This document shows positions 26,918-35,174 of a stretch of DNA of 64,000 nucleotides, piece by piece. The stretch covers positions 81,158 to 145,157 of the forward strand of contig JACPOS010000025.1 of NCBI GenBank assembly GCA_016191395.1, written 5' to 3'. The notes below the pieces were generated by a model that saw only the letters and a list, made by a program, of their open reading frames with translations, was not told the origin of the DNA and searched no databases. Position 1 is the first letter of the stretch; every line of letters begins with the position of its first letter. Source of the stretch: Chloroflexota bacterium (GTDB lineage: Bacteria; Chloroflexota; Limnocylindria; Limnocylindrales; CSP1-4). The position numbers and the translations under genes were made by a program.

Positions 26918-28482
26918 CAGCGGCGCTCCTCGGCGAGTCGGGCAACGGCGGCCTTGAACGCCCGCCCCCGGGCTTCGTAGTCCTCGAACATGTCGAAGCT
27001 CGCGGCGGCCGGGCTCAGCAGGATGGTCGCCGGCGCGGGGTTGGACCCTCCCCCGCCGCCGCGCGTCGCGAGCGCCGCTCGCGCCGCACGCGCCAGCCGG
27101 TCCGCAACCCCGACGGCGGCCTCCAGGGTCGTCGCCCGTTCGGTCACCGCCAGTCCGGCCTCCCGGAACAGGCGCTCCAGGTCCGGCCCGCTCTCGCCGA
27201 TCAGCACGGCGGCGGCGGCGCGACGGCCGACGACCGTGGCGAGCTCGGCGAGGTCCACGCCCTTGTCGCGTCCGCCCGCGATGAGCACGATCGGTCCATC
27301 AAAGGCCCGCAGCGCCGCGATGACGGCGTCCGGCTGCGTGCCCTGCGAGTCATTCACGAATCGAACGCCGTCGATCTCGGCGACGCGTTCCAGGCGGTGC
27401 TCCACGCCCGTGAAGGCGGCCGCGCCGCGACGGATCGCCGCGGGGCTGACGCCGAACAGGAGCGCGACCGCGACCGCAGCCAGCGAGTTCGAGACGTTGT
27501 GCGCACCCGGAACGCCGAGCTCAGCAAGCGGCAGGATCCGGCCCCCGACGAATTGCGCTTCGGCCGCCTCGCCGAGCCCGGGGAGCGGGGCGATCCCGTC
27601 CGTGACGATCCAGCCGTGCTCAACGCCGAGGCCGCCGTCCGGCGCATCGCTGCGTCGGTATGGCACGACGCGCGCCGCCGTCGCGGAGCCGTAGGTGAGG
27701 ACGACCGGGTCGTCGAGGTTGATGACCAGTGCGCCGGCCGGATCGACCAGCTCCGCGAGGCGGCGCTTGACCCGGCGGTACGCCTCCAGGCTGCCGTGGC
27801 GGTCCAGGTGGTCCGCGGTCACGTTCGTGTACGCGGCGACGGTCGTGCCGCGCGACAGGGTTGGCAGCTGCAGCTCGGAGAGCTCCAGGACGACGCTGTT
27901 CCGGGTCGTCAGGCTCGGCAGCCGCTCGATCAGCGGGATGCCCATGTTCCCGCCCAGGACGACGCGATCGCCCATCGCGGTGGCGAGCAGGGCATGGGTG
28001 AGGGCGGACGTCGTGGTCTTGCCCTTGGTGCCCGTGATGCCGATCGTGGGCGCGGGGCAGAGGCGCAGGAACAGGTCCACCTCGGACACGATCGCGGGGG
28101 CGGTCGCGTCGCCGGCCGCGCGCCGTGCGAGCAGGCTGGCGAGCGCCCCGCGGAGCCGCGGCTCGGTGGTCGGGTAGTCGGCGTTGATCGACGGCGACGA
28201 GGTCACCAGGGCAGCCCCATCGAGCGCGCCGGCCGGGTCCACGTCCGGGCCGAGCAGGAGCCGCACGTCACGGCCGTCGAGGGCGGCGATGGCCCGCCCC
28301 AGCTCCCCCGCCGGGCGCGCGTCATACACGGTCACGCGGGCGCCCGCGTCCACCAGGAAGCGCGCCAGGGCGATCCCGGATCGGGCGAAGCCCAGCACGC
28401 TCACCGCCCGGTCCCGGAGGACGCCGGCGGCGAGGGCGCCGGGTGCGAGGGCGGCGAGGTCGATCACGGCGTCGGCGGTCAT
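26917..28482 (-). CDS. murD: UDP-MurNAc-L-alanine--D-glutamate ligase
   Basis: The real start is ATG at 28482 (MTADAVIDL), 3 nt after the mraY stop. The 948-aa track ORF is an in-frame upstream extension across mraY. P-loop GITGTKGKTTT. C-terminal LLSPAAASFDMFEDYEARG. Confidence 0.9.
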   Translation of the reverse strand: MTADAVIDLAALAPGALAAGVLRDRAVSVLGFARSGIALARFLVDAGARVTVYDARPAGELGRAIAALDGRDVRLLLGPDVDPAGALDGAALVTSSPSINADYPTTEPRLRGALASLLARRAAGDATAPAIVSEVDLFLRLCPAPTIGITGTKGKTTTSALTHALLATAMGDRVVLGGNMGIPLIERLPSLTTRNSVVLELSELQLPTLSRGTTVAAYTNVTADHLDRHGSLEAYRRVKRRLAELVDPAGALVINLDDPVVLTYGSATAARVVPYRRSDAPDGGLGVEHGWIVTDGIAPLPGLGEAAEAQFVGGRILPLAELGVPGAHNVSNSLAAVAVALLFGVSPAAIRRGAAAFTGVEHRLERVAEIDGVRFVNDSQGTQPDAVIAALRAFDGPIVLIAGGRDKGVDLAELATVVGRRAAAAVLIGESGPDLERLFREAGLAVTERATTLEAAVGVADRLARAARAALATRGGGGGSNPAPATILLSPAAASFDMFEDYEARGRAFKAAVARLAEERR

Positions 28483-28487
28483 GACGC

Positions 28488-29474
28488 TCACAGCTTGTCG
28501 ATCGACGCGAGGAAGAGCGTGACGCCAACGAGCCCGGCGATGATGCCCACGATCCAGAACCGGAGCGTGATCTTCTCCTCGTCCCAGCCCTGCAGCTCGT
28601 AGTGGTAGTGGAGCGGGCTCATCCGGAAGATGCGCTTGCCGCGCGTCAGCTTGAAATAGCCCACCTGGATCAGGACGGACGCGGTCTCGATCACGAACAC
28701 GAGCCCGATGACCGGCAGGATCAGGATCTGGCTCGTGATGAGGGCGGTCACGGCAAGCGTGGCCCCGAGGGCGAGCGAGCCGGAATCGCCCATGAAGATC
28801 TGCGCCGGGTGGACGTTGAACCAGAGGAACCCGAGGAGCCCTCCGACGAGCAGCCCGCACAGCACCGCAAGGTTCGGTTGCGTCGGCTCGTTGAGGAGGG
28901 CGATCATCGCGAACGCCACGAACGCAAAGACGAGCGTCCCGCCCGCGAGGCCGTCGAGCCCGTCGGTGAGGTTCACGCCGTTCGCGGCGGCGATGATCGC
29001 GAACGCGGCGAAGGCGATGTAGACCCACGGGTCGATCATCACGAAGCCCACGAACGGGACCGCGATCCGGTCGATCGCGTACGTGCTCTGGATCTGGTAC
29101 GCCGCCGCGACGGCCACCACCACCAGCCAGAGCATCTTCTGGCGGGCACTGATGCCCTCGCCGGTCTTTGCGTTGAGGTAGTCGTCGAACGCGCCGAGCC
29201 CGCCCACCAGGACCAGCGTCGCGAGCGGCGCGATGATGCCGCCGGGGGGAAGGATGAAGTCGTTCAGGAAGAAGAACAGGACGACGACCACGCCGATGAT
29301 GAGCAGCCCGCCCATCGTCGGGGTGCCTTCCTTCGTGTAGTGCGACTCCGGTCCCTCGACCAGGATGCGCTTGCCCATGCCGAGGTAGCGCAGGGAGCGG
29401 ATGTACGCGGGCATGAGGATGACCACGACCGCGAAGGCCAGCAGGACGGCCTGGATCAGCTCGACGTTGCTCAT
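28488..29474 (-). CDS. mraY: Phospho-MurNAc-pentapeptide translocase
   Basis: 328 aa and multi-pass. KEGTPTMGG, NLTDGLDGLA and MGDSGSLALG motifs. Confidence 0.95.
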   Translation of the reverse strand: MSNVELIQAVLLAFAVVVILMPAYIRSLRYLGMGKRILVEGPESHYTKEGTPTMGGLLIIGVVVVLFFFLNDFILPPGGIIAPLATLVLVGGLGAFDDYLNAKTGEGISARQKMLWLVVVAVAAAYQIQSTYAIDRIAVPFVGFVMIDPWVYIAFAAFAIIAAANGVNLTDGLDGLAGGTLVFAFVAFAMIALLNEPTQPNLAVLCGLLVGGLLGFLWFNVHPAQIFMGDSGSLALGATLAVTALITSQILILPVIGLVFVIETASVLIQVGYFKLTRGKRIFRMSPLHYHYELQGWDEEKITLRFWIVGIIAGLVGVTLFLASIDKL

Positions 29475-30979
29475 CAGCGCGGGTTCCTGGCCAGCTCGGC
29501 GCGGAGGGTCTCGACGAGCTTGTCCAGCTCGACGCCGCGCGACGCCTTGACGAGCACGACGTCATCGTCACGAAGCCGCGACCGCAGCAGGTCCAGGGCC
29601 ACGTCCGCATCGCGCGCCTCGATGATTCGCGATGGGTCCAGCCCGGCCGCCTTCGCGCCGGAGGCGATGCCGCTCGCTCCGGCCCCCACGACGAGGAGGA
29701 GGTCGCACGTCGCTGCGGCGGCGGTGCCCACCTCGCGGTGCCCCGTCGTGGACCCCTTGCCAAGCTCCAGCATCTCGCCGAGGACCGCGATGCGGCGCCC
29801 GGGCAATCCGGCGAGCAGGTCCAGGGCGGCCGTGACCGACGGCGGCGAGGCGTTATAGGAATCGTCGATCACGGTCACCCTGCCGAGCCGCAGGACCTGG
29901 CCGCGGTGCGTCGCCGACCAGCCGCCGGCGAGGGCGTGGATGATCATCGCCGGCTCGATGCCCGCGGCATGGCCCACGGCGGCGCCCGCCAGTGCGTTGT
30001 GGACCGACAGCTTGCCAAGCCCCGGGATCCTCGCAGGGAGGCGCGTCGGGCGCCCGCCGCGCATCGCTGGAAGTCGGAGGGTGAAGCGCATGCCATCGAG
30101 GCCCGCCGACGCGACATCCTCTGCGCTCACCTCGGCGTCCGCGGAGAGCCCGTAGCCAAGCACGCGGGCTGCGGTTCGATCGGCCATCCTGCGCACGCGG
30201 CGGTCGTCCTGGTTGAGGACGGCAACGCCGTCCGAGGGCAGCGCCTCGACCAGCTCGCCCTTGGCCTGCTCGATTGCGGCGAGGGTGCCCATCCGGCTCA
30301 GGTGGACGCCGTGCACGCTCGTGACCACGCCGATCCTGGGCCGCGCCAGCCGCGCGAGGTCGGCGATCTCGCCGCCGGCGTACATGCCCATCTCCAGGAC
30401 AGCGGCTCGATGGTCGCGACCGAGGCGCAGGAGGGTCAGCGGCAGGCCGATTTCGTTGTTCTGGTTGCCCTCGCTGCGCAGCGTCCGGAACGTCGTGCCG
30501 AGGACTGCCGCGATGGCCTCCTTCGTCGACGTCTTGGCGATGCTGCCGGTCACGCCGACGACCAGCGGGTCGAAGCGCGCGCGCCAGCCGGCGGCCAGCG
30601 CGCCAAGGGCGACCACGCCGTCCGGCACCGCCAGGACCGTGACGTCCCCGAGCGCATCGAGCATCGCATCGGCTATCGGTCGCGACACGACCAGGGCGGC
30701 GGCGCCGGCCACCGCGGCATCGGCGAGGAAGCGGTGGCCGTCCGTCCGCTCTCCCGGTAGCGCGACGAACAGCATGCCCGGGCCGACGAGCCGCGAATCC
30801 ACCGCCGCGCCCCGGATCGGACGCCCGCTGGTGCGCAGGAGGCGGCCGCCCGTGAGACGTCGAAGGTCCTCGGCGGTGAAGGCGGAAGCGTCTGATTCGG
30901 AGGGTTGGGCGCCGGCGCGCGGCGGCTGCGGGCCCTCGACGGTCACGCGGGAAAGTGTGGCACAGGCGGCGGTGCTCAC
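29474..30979 (-). CDS. murF: UDP-MurNAc-tripeptide--D-alanyl-D-alanine ligase
   Basis: GTG at 30979 in a GTGA overlap with the ftsI stop (alternative GTG at 30946). DSRLVGPGMLFVALPGERTDGHRF, P-loop GVTGSIAKTSTKE and the MurF-type GNQNNEIGLPLTLL motif. The 1129-aa track ORF is an upstream extension across ftsI. Confidence 0.85.
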   Translation of the reverse strand: MSTAACATLSRVTVEGPQPPRAGAQPSESDASAFTAEDLRRLTGGRLLRTSGRPIRGAAVDSRLVGPGMLFVALPGERTDGHRFLADAAVAGAAALVVSRPIADAMLDALGDVTVLAVPDGVVALGALAAGWRARFDPLVVGVTGSIAKTSTKEAIAAVLGTTFRTLRSEGNQNNEIGLPLTLLRLGRDHRAAVLEMGMYAGGEIADLARLARPRIGVVTSVHGVHLSRMGTLAAIEQAKGELVEALPSDGVAVLNQDDRRVRRMADRTAARVLGYGLSADAEVSAEDVASAGLDGMRFTLRLPAMRGGRPTRLPARIPGLGKLSVHNALAGAAVGHAAGIEPAMIIHALAGGWSATHRGQVLRLGRVTVIDDSYNASPPSVTAALDLLAGLPGRRIAVLGEMLELGKGSTTGHREVGTAAAATCDLLLVVGAGASGIASGAKAAGLDPSRIIEARDADVALDLLRSRLRDDDVVLVKASRGVELDKLVETLRAELARNPR

Positions 30980-32799
30980 TGGTCCCCGAGCGCCGCGGTG
31001 GAGCCGCTGGGATCCAGGGCGGGCAGCAGCCCGGGCGTCGTGACGGCATCGGTGGCGACCCGGCGGAAGAGCTCCGTGGCGTTGATGGGCAGGATCAGCT
31101 GGCCCAGCGGGTTCCGAAGCGGCCGGGTCTCGCCGATCCGGACGGCGATGATCAGGTCCGGGCGGCCCGCCTGGCGCCCGATGAACCCGATGGACGAGAA
31201 GTTGTAGGTGTTCGACAGCCAGCGGTTGTTCACCGCGTCCCAGACCTGCGCCGTGCCGGTCTTGCCGCCATACCAGTAGCCGGGGATGCGTGCCTTCTCC
31301 GCGTACCAGGGGTTCTGTAGCACGTGCTCCATCAGCGCCGCGAGCTGCGGGCTGAGCTTCGGATCGAGGACGGGCGCGCTCTTTGGGAACTCGACGGTCT
31401 TTGGGCCAACGCCCGCGACGACGTGCGGACGGACGAGCTGGCCGCCGTTCACCAGCGCCGCGTAGGCCGCGGTGAGCTGGATCTGGGTGACGGCGACGCC
31501 CTGCCCGAATGACCCATTCGCGAGATCGATCTCGCGCCAGGGCGTGGTCGCGGGATCGTTGACCAGGCCGCGCACCTCGCCGGAGACGTCGATACCGGTC
31601 GGCTGGCCGAAGCCCAGGCGGACCCAGACGTCGTGGAGGATCGTCGAGGCCTCGGCCCTCGTGGGCGCGAGCCCGAACGCCACCTTTGCCGCGATGATGT
31701 TGCGCGAGTAGGCGATGCCGTCCTCGAGCTTCAGGTCGCCCATCGCCTTGTTGTCCGAGTCGGAGATCAGGGTCTTGCCGTTGTCGAGCTTCATCCGACC
31801 CGTGTCCTTGTAGACGGTCTGCATCGTCGTCGTGCCTTGCTCGAGCGCAGCGAGGACGGTCAGCATCTTGAACACGGAACCGGGCTCGTAGACCTGCGAG
31901 ACGACAGGGTCGAGAAATCGAGAGGAGTCCGCCCCGGCGACGGCGGCGTAGTTGTTCGCGTCGTAGGAGGGGTACGTCGCCTCGGCGTAGATCTCGCCCG
32001 TCCAGGGGTCCATCACGACCGCCGAGACGGACTTCGCGCTGTCGGCGATGTGTGCCGCCATCACCTCCTGCTCCAGCGCGAGCTGGAGGCCGGCGTCGAT
32101 CGTCAGGCGTATGTCCACGCCGGGAACGCCCGGGTTGATGGTCCGCTCGGTCTCGGCGAGGGGCTTGCCGGAGGCGTCCCGGTCCGCCTCCACGACCTTG
32201 GGCTCGCCGGCGAGCACGTCCTGGTAGTACTGCTCGACGCCGTACTGGCCCTGGCCATCGCGATTGACGAACCCGATGAGGTTGGCGGCCAGCGTGCTGT
32301 TCGGACCGCCGCCAGCCTGCGGGTAGCTGCGGATCGAGTCCGACTCGAAGCTGATTCCGTCGATGCCGGCGTCGCGGGCGGCTGCCTCGATGGCCTGCGA
32401 CTGCTCCGGCGCGAGATCCTTCGCCAGCACGAGGTACGGCTTGCCCGTCTCGAGGCGCGCCTGGATGGTCGCCGCGGCGACCGGGTCGAGCGCCAGCTGG
32501 GCCGTCAGGAAGTCGACCATTCGCGACCGGTCCGCCGCGCTCATGCGCTCCGCCGACACGATGAGGCGGTCGCGCATCACGCTGGCGGCGAGGACCACCG
32601 TGCCGCTCCGGTCGTAGATCTGGCCCCGCCGGCTGGGCACGGTGTCCTGGGAGTAGATCTGGCGCCGCGCGCTGGCGACCAGCTGGTCGTGCTGGGCGAG
32701 CTGCCAGTAGCCCAGGCGCGCCACGAGCGCGCTCGCGCCCACGACGAACACGACCAGGACCACGAGGAGGCGACGCCCCGAATCGGTTCGACCGAGCAT
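30976..32799 (-). CDS. ftsI: Penicillin-binding protein (class B transpeptidase, FtsI/PBP2-like)
   Basis: 607 aa with an N-terminal TM anchor. Active-site triad motifs SVFK (SxxK), SRN (SxN) and KTGT are all present. Confidence 0.9.
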   Translation of the reverse strand: MLGRTDSGRRLLVVLVVFVVGASALVARLGYWQLAQHDQLVASARRQIYSQDTVPSRRGQIYDRSGTVVLAASVMRDRLIVSAERMSAADRSRMVDFLTAQLALDPVAAATIQARLETGKPYLVLAKDLAPEQSQAIEAAARDAGIDGISFESDSIRSYPQAGGGPNSTLAANLIGFVNRDGQGQYGVEQYYQDVLAGEPKVVEADRDASGKPLAETERTINPGVPGVDIRLTIDAGLQLALEQEVMAAHIADSAKSVSAVVMDPWTGEIYAEATYPSYDANNYAAVAGADSSRFLDPVVSQVYEPGSVFKMLTVLAALEQGTTTMQTVYKDTGRMKLDNGKTLISDSDNKAMGDLKLEDGIAYSRNIIAAKVAFGLAPTRAEASTILHDVWVRLGFGQPTGIDVSGEVRGLVNDPATTPWREIDLANGSFGQGVAVTQIQLTAAYAALVNGGQLVRPHVVAGVGPKTVEFPKSAPVLDPKLSPQLAALMEHVLQNPWYAEKARIPGYWYGGKTGTAQVWDAVNNRWLSNTYNFSSIGFIGRQAGRPDLIIAVRIGETRPLRNPLGQLILPINATELFRRVATDAVTTPGLLPALDPSGSTAALGDQ

Positions 32800-32813
32800 G
32801 GTGGGTTCGCTCG

Positions 32814-33266
32814 CTAGCGGGCTTGGATGACGAGCGGCGCGCCGAGCTGTCCCAGGCCCGCATCGAGTGCCTGCTTCCGGATCGCCGGCTCGCTGCGAAG
32901 GCGCTCCACGTCGGAGGTAAGGTCCTGCCGGATCGCCTGGAGCCGGTCCTGCTCGGACACCAGGCGGACGATGTCGTACCCGGTGGCGGCGACGCGGACG
33001 CTCTGGCTCAGCGACAGGAACGCCGCGCTGAACACGATGACGATCGCGGCGAGGGCCACGCCGATCGACGACGGGCGCGTTCGACCGCGGCCCGCGGCGG
33101 CCGTGCGGCGAGATCCGGCGGCGTGGGTCCCGCGTGCCGCAGAGGGCCGGGGACGGGCCACGACCCGCTCGGCGTCGCGACGCGCGCCGCGGTCGCGGTT
33201 CGGGTTGAGTGCGTCGAGGCCCAGCGGCAACGGACCGCGACGTCGGGCGCCCTGGTAGACGGCCAT
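32814..33266 (-). CDS. ftsL: FtsL-like cell division protein (septum formation initiator type)
   Basis: The real start is ATG at 33266 (MAVYQGARRRG). It has a basic cytoplasmic N-terminus, one TM helix (IGVALAAIVIVFSAAFLSL) and a short coiled-coil-like ectodomain (RLVSEQDRLQAIRQDLTSDVERLRSEPAIRKQA). Canonical position between rsmH and ftsI. Confidence 0.7.
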   Translation of the reverse strand: MAVYQGARRRGPLPLGLDALNPNRDRGARRDAERVVARPRPSAARGTHAAGSRRTAAAGRGRTRPSSIGVALAAIVIVFSAAFLSLSQSVRVAATGYDIVRLVSEQDRLQAIRQDLTSDVERLRSEPAIRKQALDAGLGQLGAPLVIQAR

Positions 33267-33460
33267 CAGTCGGCGTAGCCGTAGGGCGAATCGGTCGAGG
33301 GAGTGTCGAGATAGGAGACCGGATCGAGCCCGAACTCGCTCCCGCCGCGCCAGGCGCGGTCGGTCCGGGTGCGCTCGGCGCGGCGATCCATGCGCTCGTG
33401 CAGCTCGTGCTGCCGGCGACCGTAGGTTCGGCGACGACTGGCGGAGTGGCGCTTGCTCAT
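33266..33460 (-). CDS. Hypothetical small charged protein (64 aa) inside the dcw cluster
   Basis: ATG at 33460 is preceded by AAGGAGGAG with a 7-nt spacer. The stop overlaps the ftsL start (TGATG). Hand-counted third-position GC is about 86% (9 A/T in 64 codons). Sequence: MSKRHSASRRRTYGRRQHELHERMDRRAERTRTDRAWRGGSEFGLDPVSYLDTPSTDSPYGYAD. Confidence 0.55.
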   Translation of the reverse strand: MSKRHSASRRRTYGRRQHELHERMDRRAERTRTDRAWRGGSEFGLDPVSYLDTPSTDSPYGYAD

Positions 33461-33538
33461 CGGGGGCTCCTCCTTCCTCGATCCCGGTCGGGGCTTCTCC
33501 TCTCCCCGTCCGTGCGGTTGCGGGCGGCGACAGGTCGA

Positions 33539-34486
33539 CTAGGCGGCCATCCGTTCGGCCGCGCGCAGCCGCGCGCTCCTTGCGCGCGGGTTCGCGGTGA
33601 CCTCGGCCTCGCTGGGCACCAGGCCCTTCGGCGACAGCAGGCGCAGGCGCGGCTGGCGCCCACAGACGCAGACCGGCACCTCCGGCGGGCACGTGCAGCC
33701 ACGCCGCTCCGCCTGGAGGAAGCGCTTGACGATCCGGTCCTCGAGGGAGTGGTAGCTGAGGACGACGAGGCGGCCGCCGGGTCGGAGCAGGTCCAGGGCG
33801 GACGCGAGGCCGGCCTGGAGCGCGTCCAGCTCATCGTTCACGGCGATCCGCAGGGCCTGAAAGACGCGGGTCGCCGGGTGGATCCGCCGGCGTCCAGGAG
33901 CGTGGGACGGCGTCACCCTGGCGACGAGTCCAGCGAGCTCGTCGGCGGTGTGGATCGGCGCGGCGCGACGGGTCTCGACGATGGCGCGCGCGATGCGACC
34001 CGCGAACGGCTCCTCGCCGTAGCGCCGGAAGAGCGCCGTCAGCTCGGCCGCGTCGAGGGTGGCGATGAGCTCGGCGGCCGGCACGCCGCGGTTCGTGTCG
34101 AAGCGCATGTCCAGCGGGCCGCCGGTCCGGAAGCCGAACCCGCGGTCGGCGTCGGCCAGCTGAAAGCTCGAGAGCCCCAGGTCGAACAGGCAGCCGTCGA
34201 TCGCGGCGAAGCCCTCCTCGGGTGCCACGCTCCCGACATCGCGGAAGTTGGCCTGGCGGAGCTGCAGGCGAGCGCCGAACCGCGGCCCGAGCCGGGCTCG
34301 GACTCTGGCGATGGCCGCCCCATCGGCGTCGAGACCGAGGAGGCGGCCATCAGGGTCGCTGGCGGACAGGATTCGTTCGGCGTGGCCACCGCCGCCGAGG
34401 GTCGCGTCGACGTGCCGGCCGCCCGATGCGGGGGCCAGCATCTCGACGACCTCGTCGGCCAGGACCGGAAGGTGCTCGGTGGTCAT
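33539..34486 (-). CDS. rsmH: 16S rRNA (cytosine1402-N4)-methyltransferase
   Basis: 315 aa. HLPVL..EV, DATLGGGGHA and GFSFR-like (RGFGFRTGGPLDMRF) motifs. Follows mraZ. Confidence 0.95.
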   Translation of the reverse strand: MTTEHLPVLADEVVEMLAPASGGRHVDATLGGGGHAERILSASDPDGRLLGLDADGAAIARVRARLGPRFGARLQLRQANFRDVGSVAPEEGFAAIDGCLFDLGLSSFQLADADRGFGFRTGGPLDMRFDTNRGVPAAELIATLDAAELTALFRRYGEEPFAGRIARAIVETRRAAPIHTADELAGLVARVTPSHAPGRRRIHPATRVFQALRIAVNDELDALQAGLASALDLLRPGGRLVVLSYHSLEDRIVKRFLQAERRGCTCPPEVPVCVCGRQPRLRLLSPKGLVPSEAEVTANPRARSARLRAAERMAA

Positions 34487-34489
34487 TCC

Positions 34490-34918
34490 CTAGATCCCGA
34501 GCCCTCGGATCGCGTCGGCGAACTTCGCCGGGTCGTCCATGGCCCGGCGGTAGGTCTGCCAGCGGTCCGGCGCCCAGATCTCCCCGTGGTCGCGGACGCC
34601 GATCACGAGCGCGTCCGTCTTGATGCCCATCTCGTCGCGCAGGTAGGCGGGAACGAGGACCCTGCCCTGCTTGTCGAGCTCCGCCTCGAGGGCGCCGGCA
34701 AAGATCGCGCGCTCGAACAGCCGCCCTGCGGGATCGGTCAGCGCAACGCCCGAGACCTTGGCAGAGAGCGCATCCCAGCCGGCGCGGGTATGGATCGCCA
34801 GGCAGCCGTCGATCCAGCGCGACAGGACGGCGCCGGCCTCGAGCTGCGCCCGAAAGCGCGCCGGGATGGCCAGTCGCCCCTTGTCGTCCACCGTGTGCCG
34901 GTACTCGCCGGTGAACAC
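34490..34918 (-). CDS. mraZ: Transcriptional regulator MraZ
   Basis: 142 aa with a GTG start. Duplicated SpoVT/AbrB-like halves carry the DxxGR motif twice (DDKGRLAIPARFR and DKQGRVLVPAYLR). Confidence 0.95.
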   Translation of the reverse strand: MFTGEYRHTVDDKGRLAIPARFRAQLEAGAVLSRWIDGCLAIHTRAGWDALSAKVSGVALTDPAGRLFERAIFAGALEAELDKQGRVLVPAYLRDEMGIKTDALVIGVRDHGEIWAPDRWQTYRRAMDDPAKFADAIRGLGI

Positions 34919-34945
34919 TCACCGCACCCCACTTGCCGAGAGTTC

Positions 34946-34974
34946 GACGAGCCCGCGGGGGCCGCGGGCTCGTC
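34946..34974 (-). promoter_or_regulatory. Perfect 13-bp inverted repeat (hairpin) in the mraZ leader
   Basis: Minus strand reads GACGAGCCCGCGG-CCC-CCGCGGGCTCGTC, 28-56 nt upstream of the mraZ GTG. No U-tract follows. Confidence 0.5.
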
Positions 34975-35056
34975 ATCGGTGTCGCGGGGTCCGGAGTGCC
35001 CGTCCGGATTCCCGCTGGTGGTGGATGGGGCTGGGAACCCAGGGTATCGCTTGGAT

Positions 35057-35083
35057 CCCCACTATTCCCCACTTCTCACCACT
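35057..35083 (-). promoter_or_regulatory. Three direct AGTGG(G/T)G boxes at exact 10-bp spacing (candidate MraZ operator)
   Basis: Minus strand reads GTAAGTGGTG-AGAAGTGGGG-AATAGTGGGG, immediately downstream of the TAGAAT -10 element. It resembles the 10-bp-phased GTGGG/TGGGN repeats described for MraZ operators. A fourth AGTGGGG lies at 34927-34933 next to the start codon. Confidence 0.5.
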
Positions 35084-35091
35084 TACTGGGC

Positions 35092-35119
35092 ATTCTAGGG
35101 CGCGAGGGGTCGCCGTCAA
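35092..35119 (-). promoter_or_regulatory. Candidate Pmra promoter: -35 TTGACG, 16-nt spacer, -10 TAGAAT
   Basis: Minus strand reads GATTGACGGCGACCCCTCGCGCCCTAGAATGCC. Both hexamers are near-consensus, about 170 nt upstream of mraZ. Confidence 0.5.
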
Positions 35120-35174
35120 TCCCCAATTTCGAAGGAATCACCCGGCCGCGACCGCGGCCGCGGCGGCGAGGTGG

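Noticed and set aside
29474-30979. Calling the Mur ligase after ftsI murE, by position
   Set aside because: The sequence has MurF hallmarks (DSR..PG.LFVAL.GER.DGH, GN.NNEIGLP). It lacks the MurE-type DNPR region, so it is called murF despite occupying the usual murE slot.
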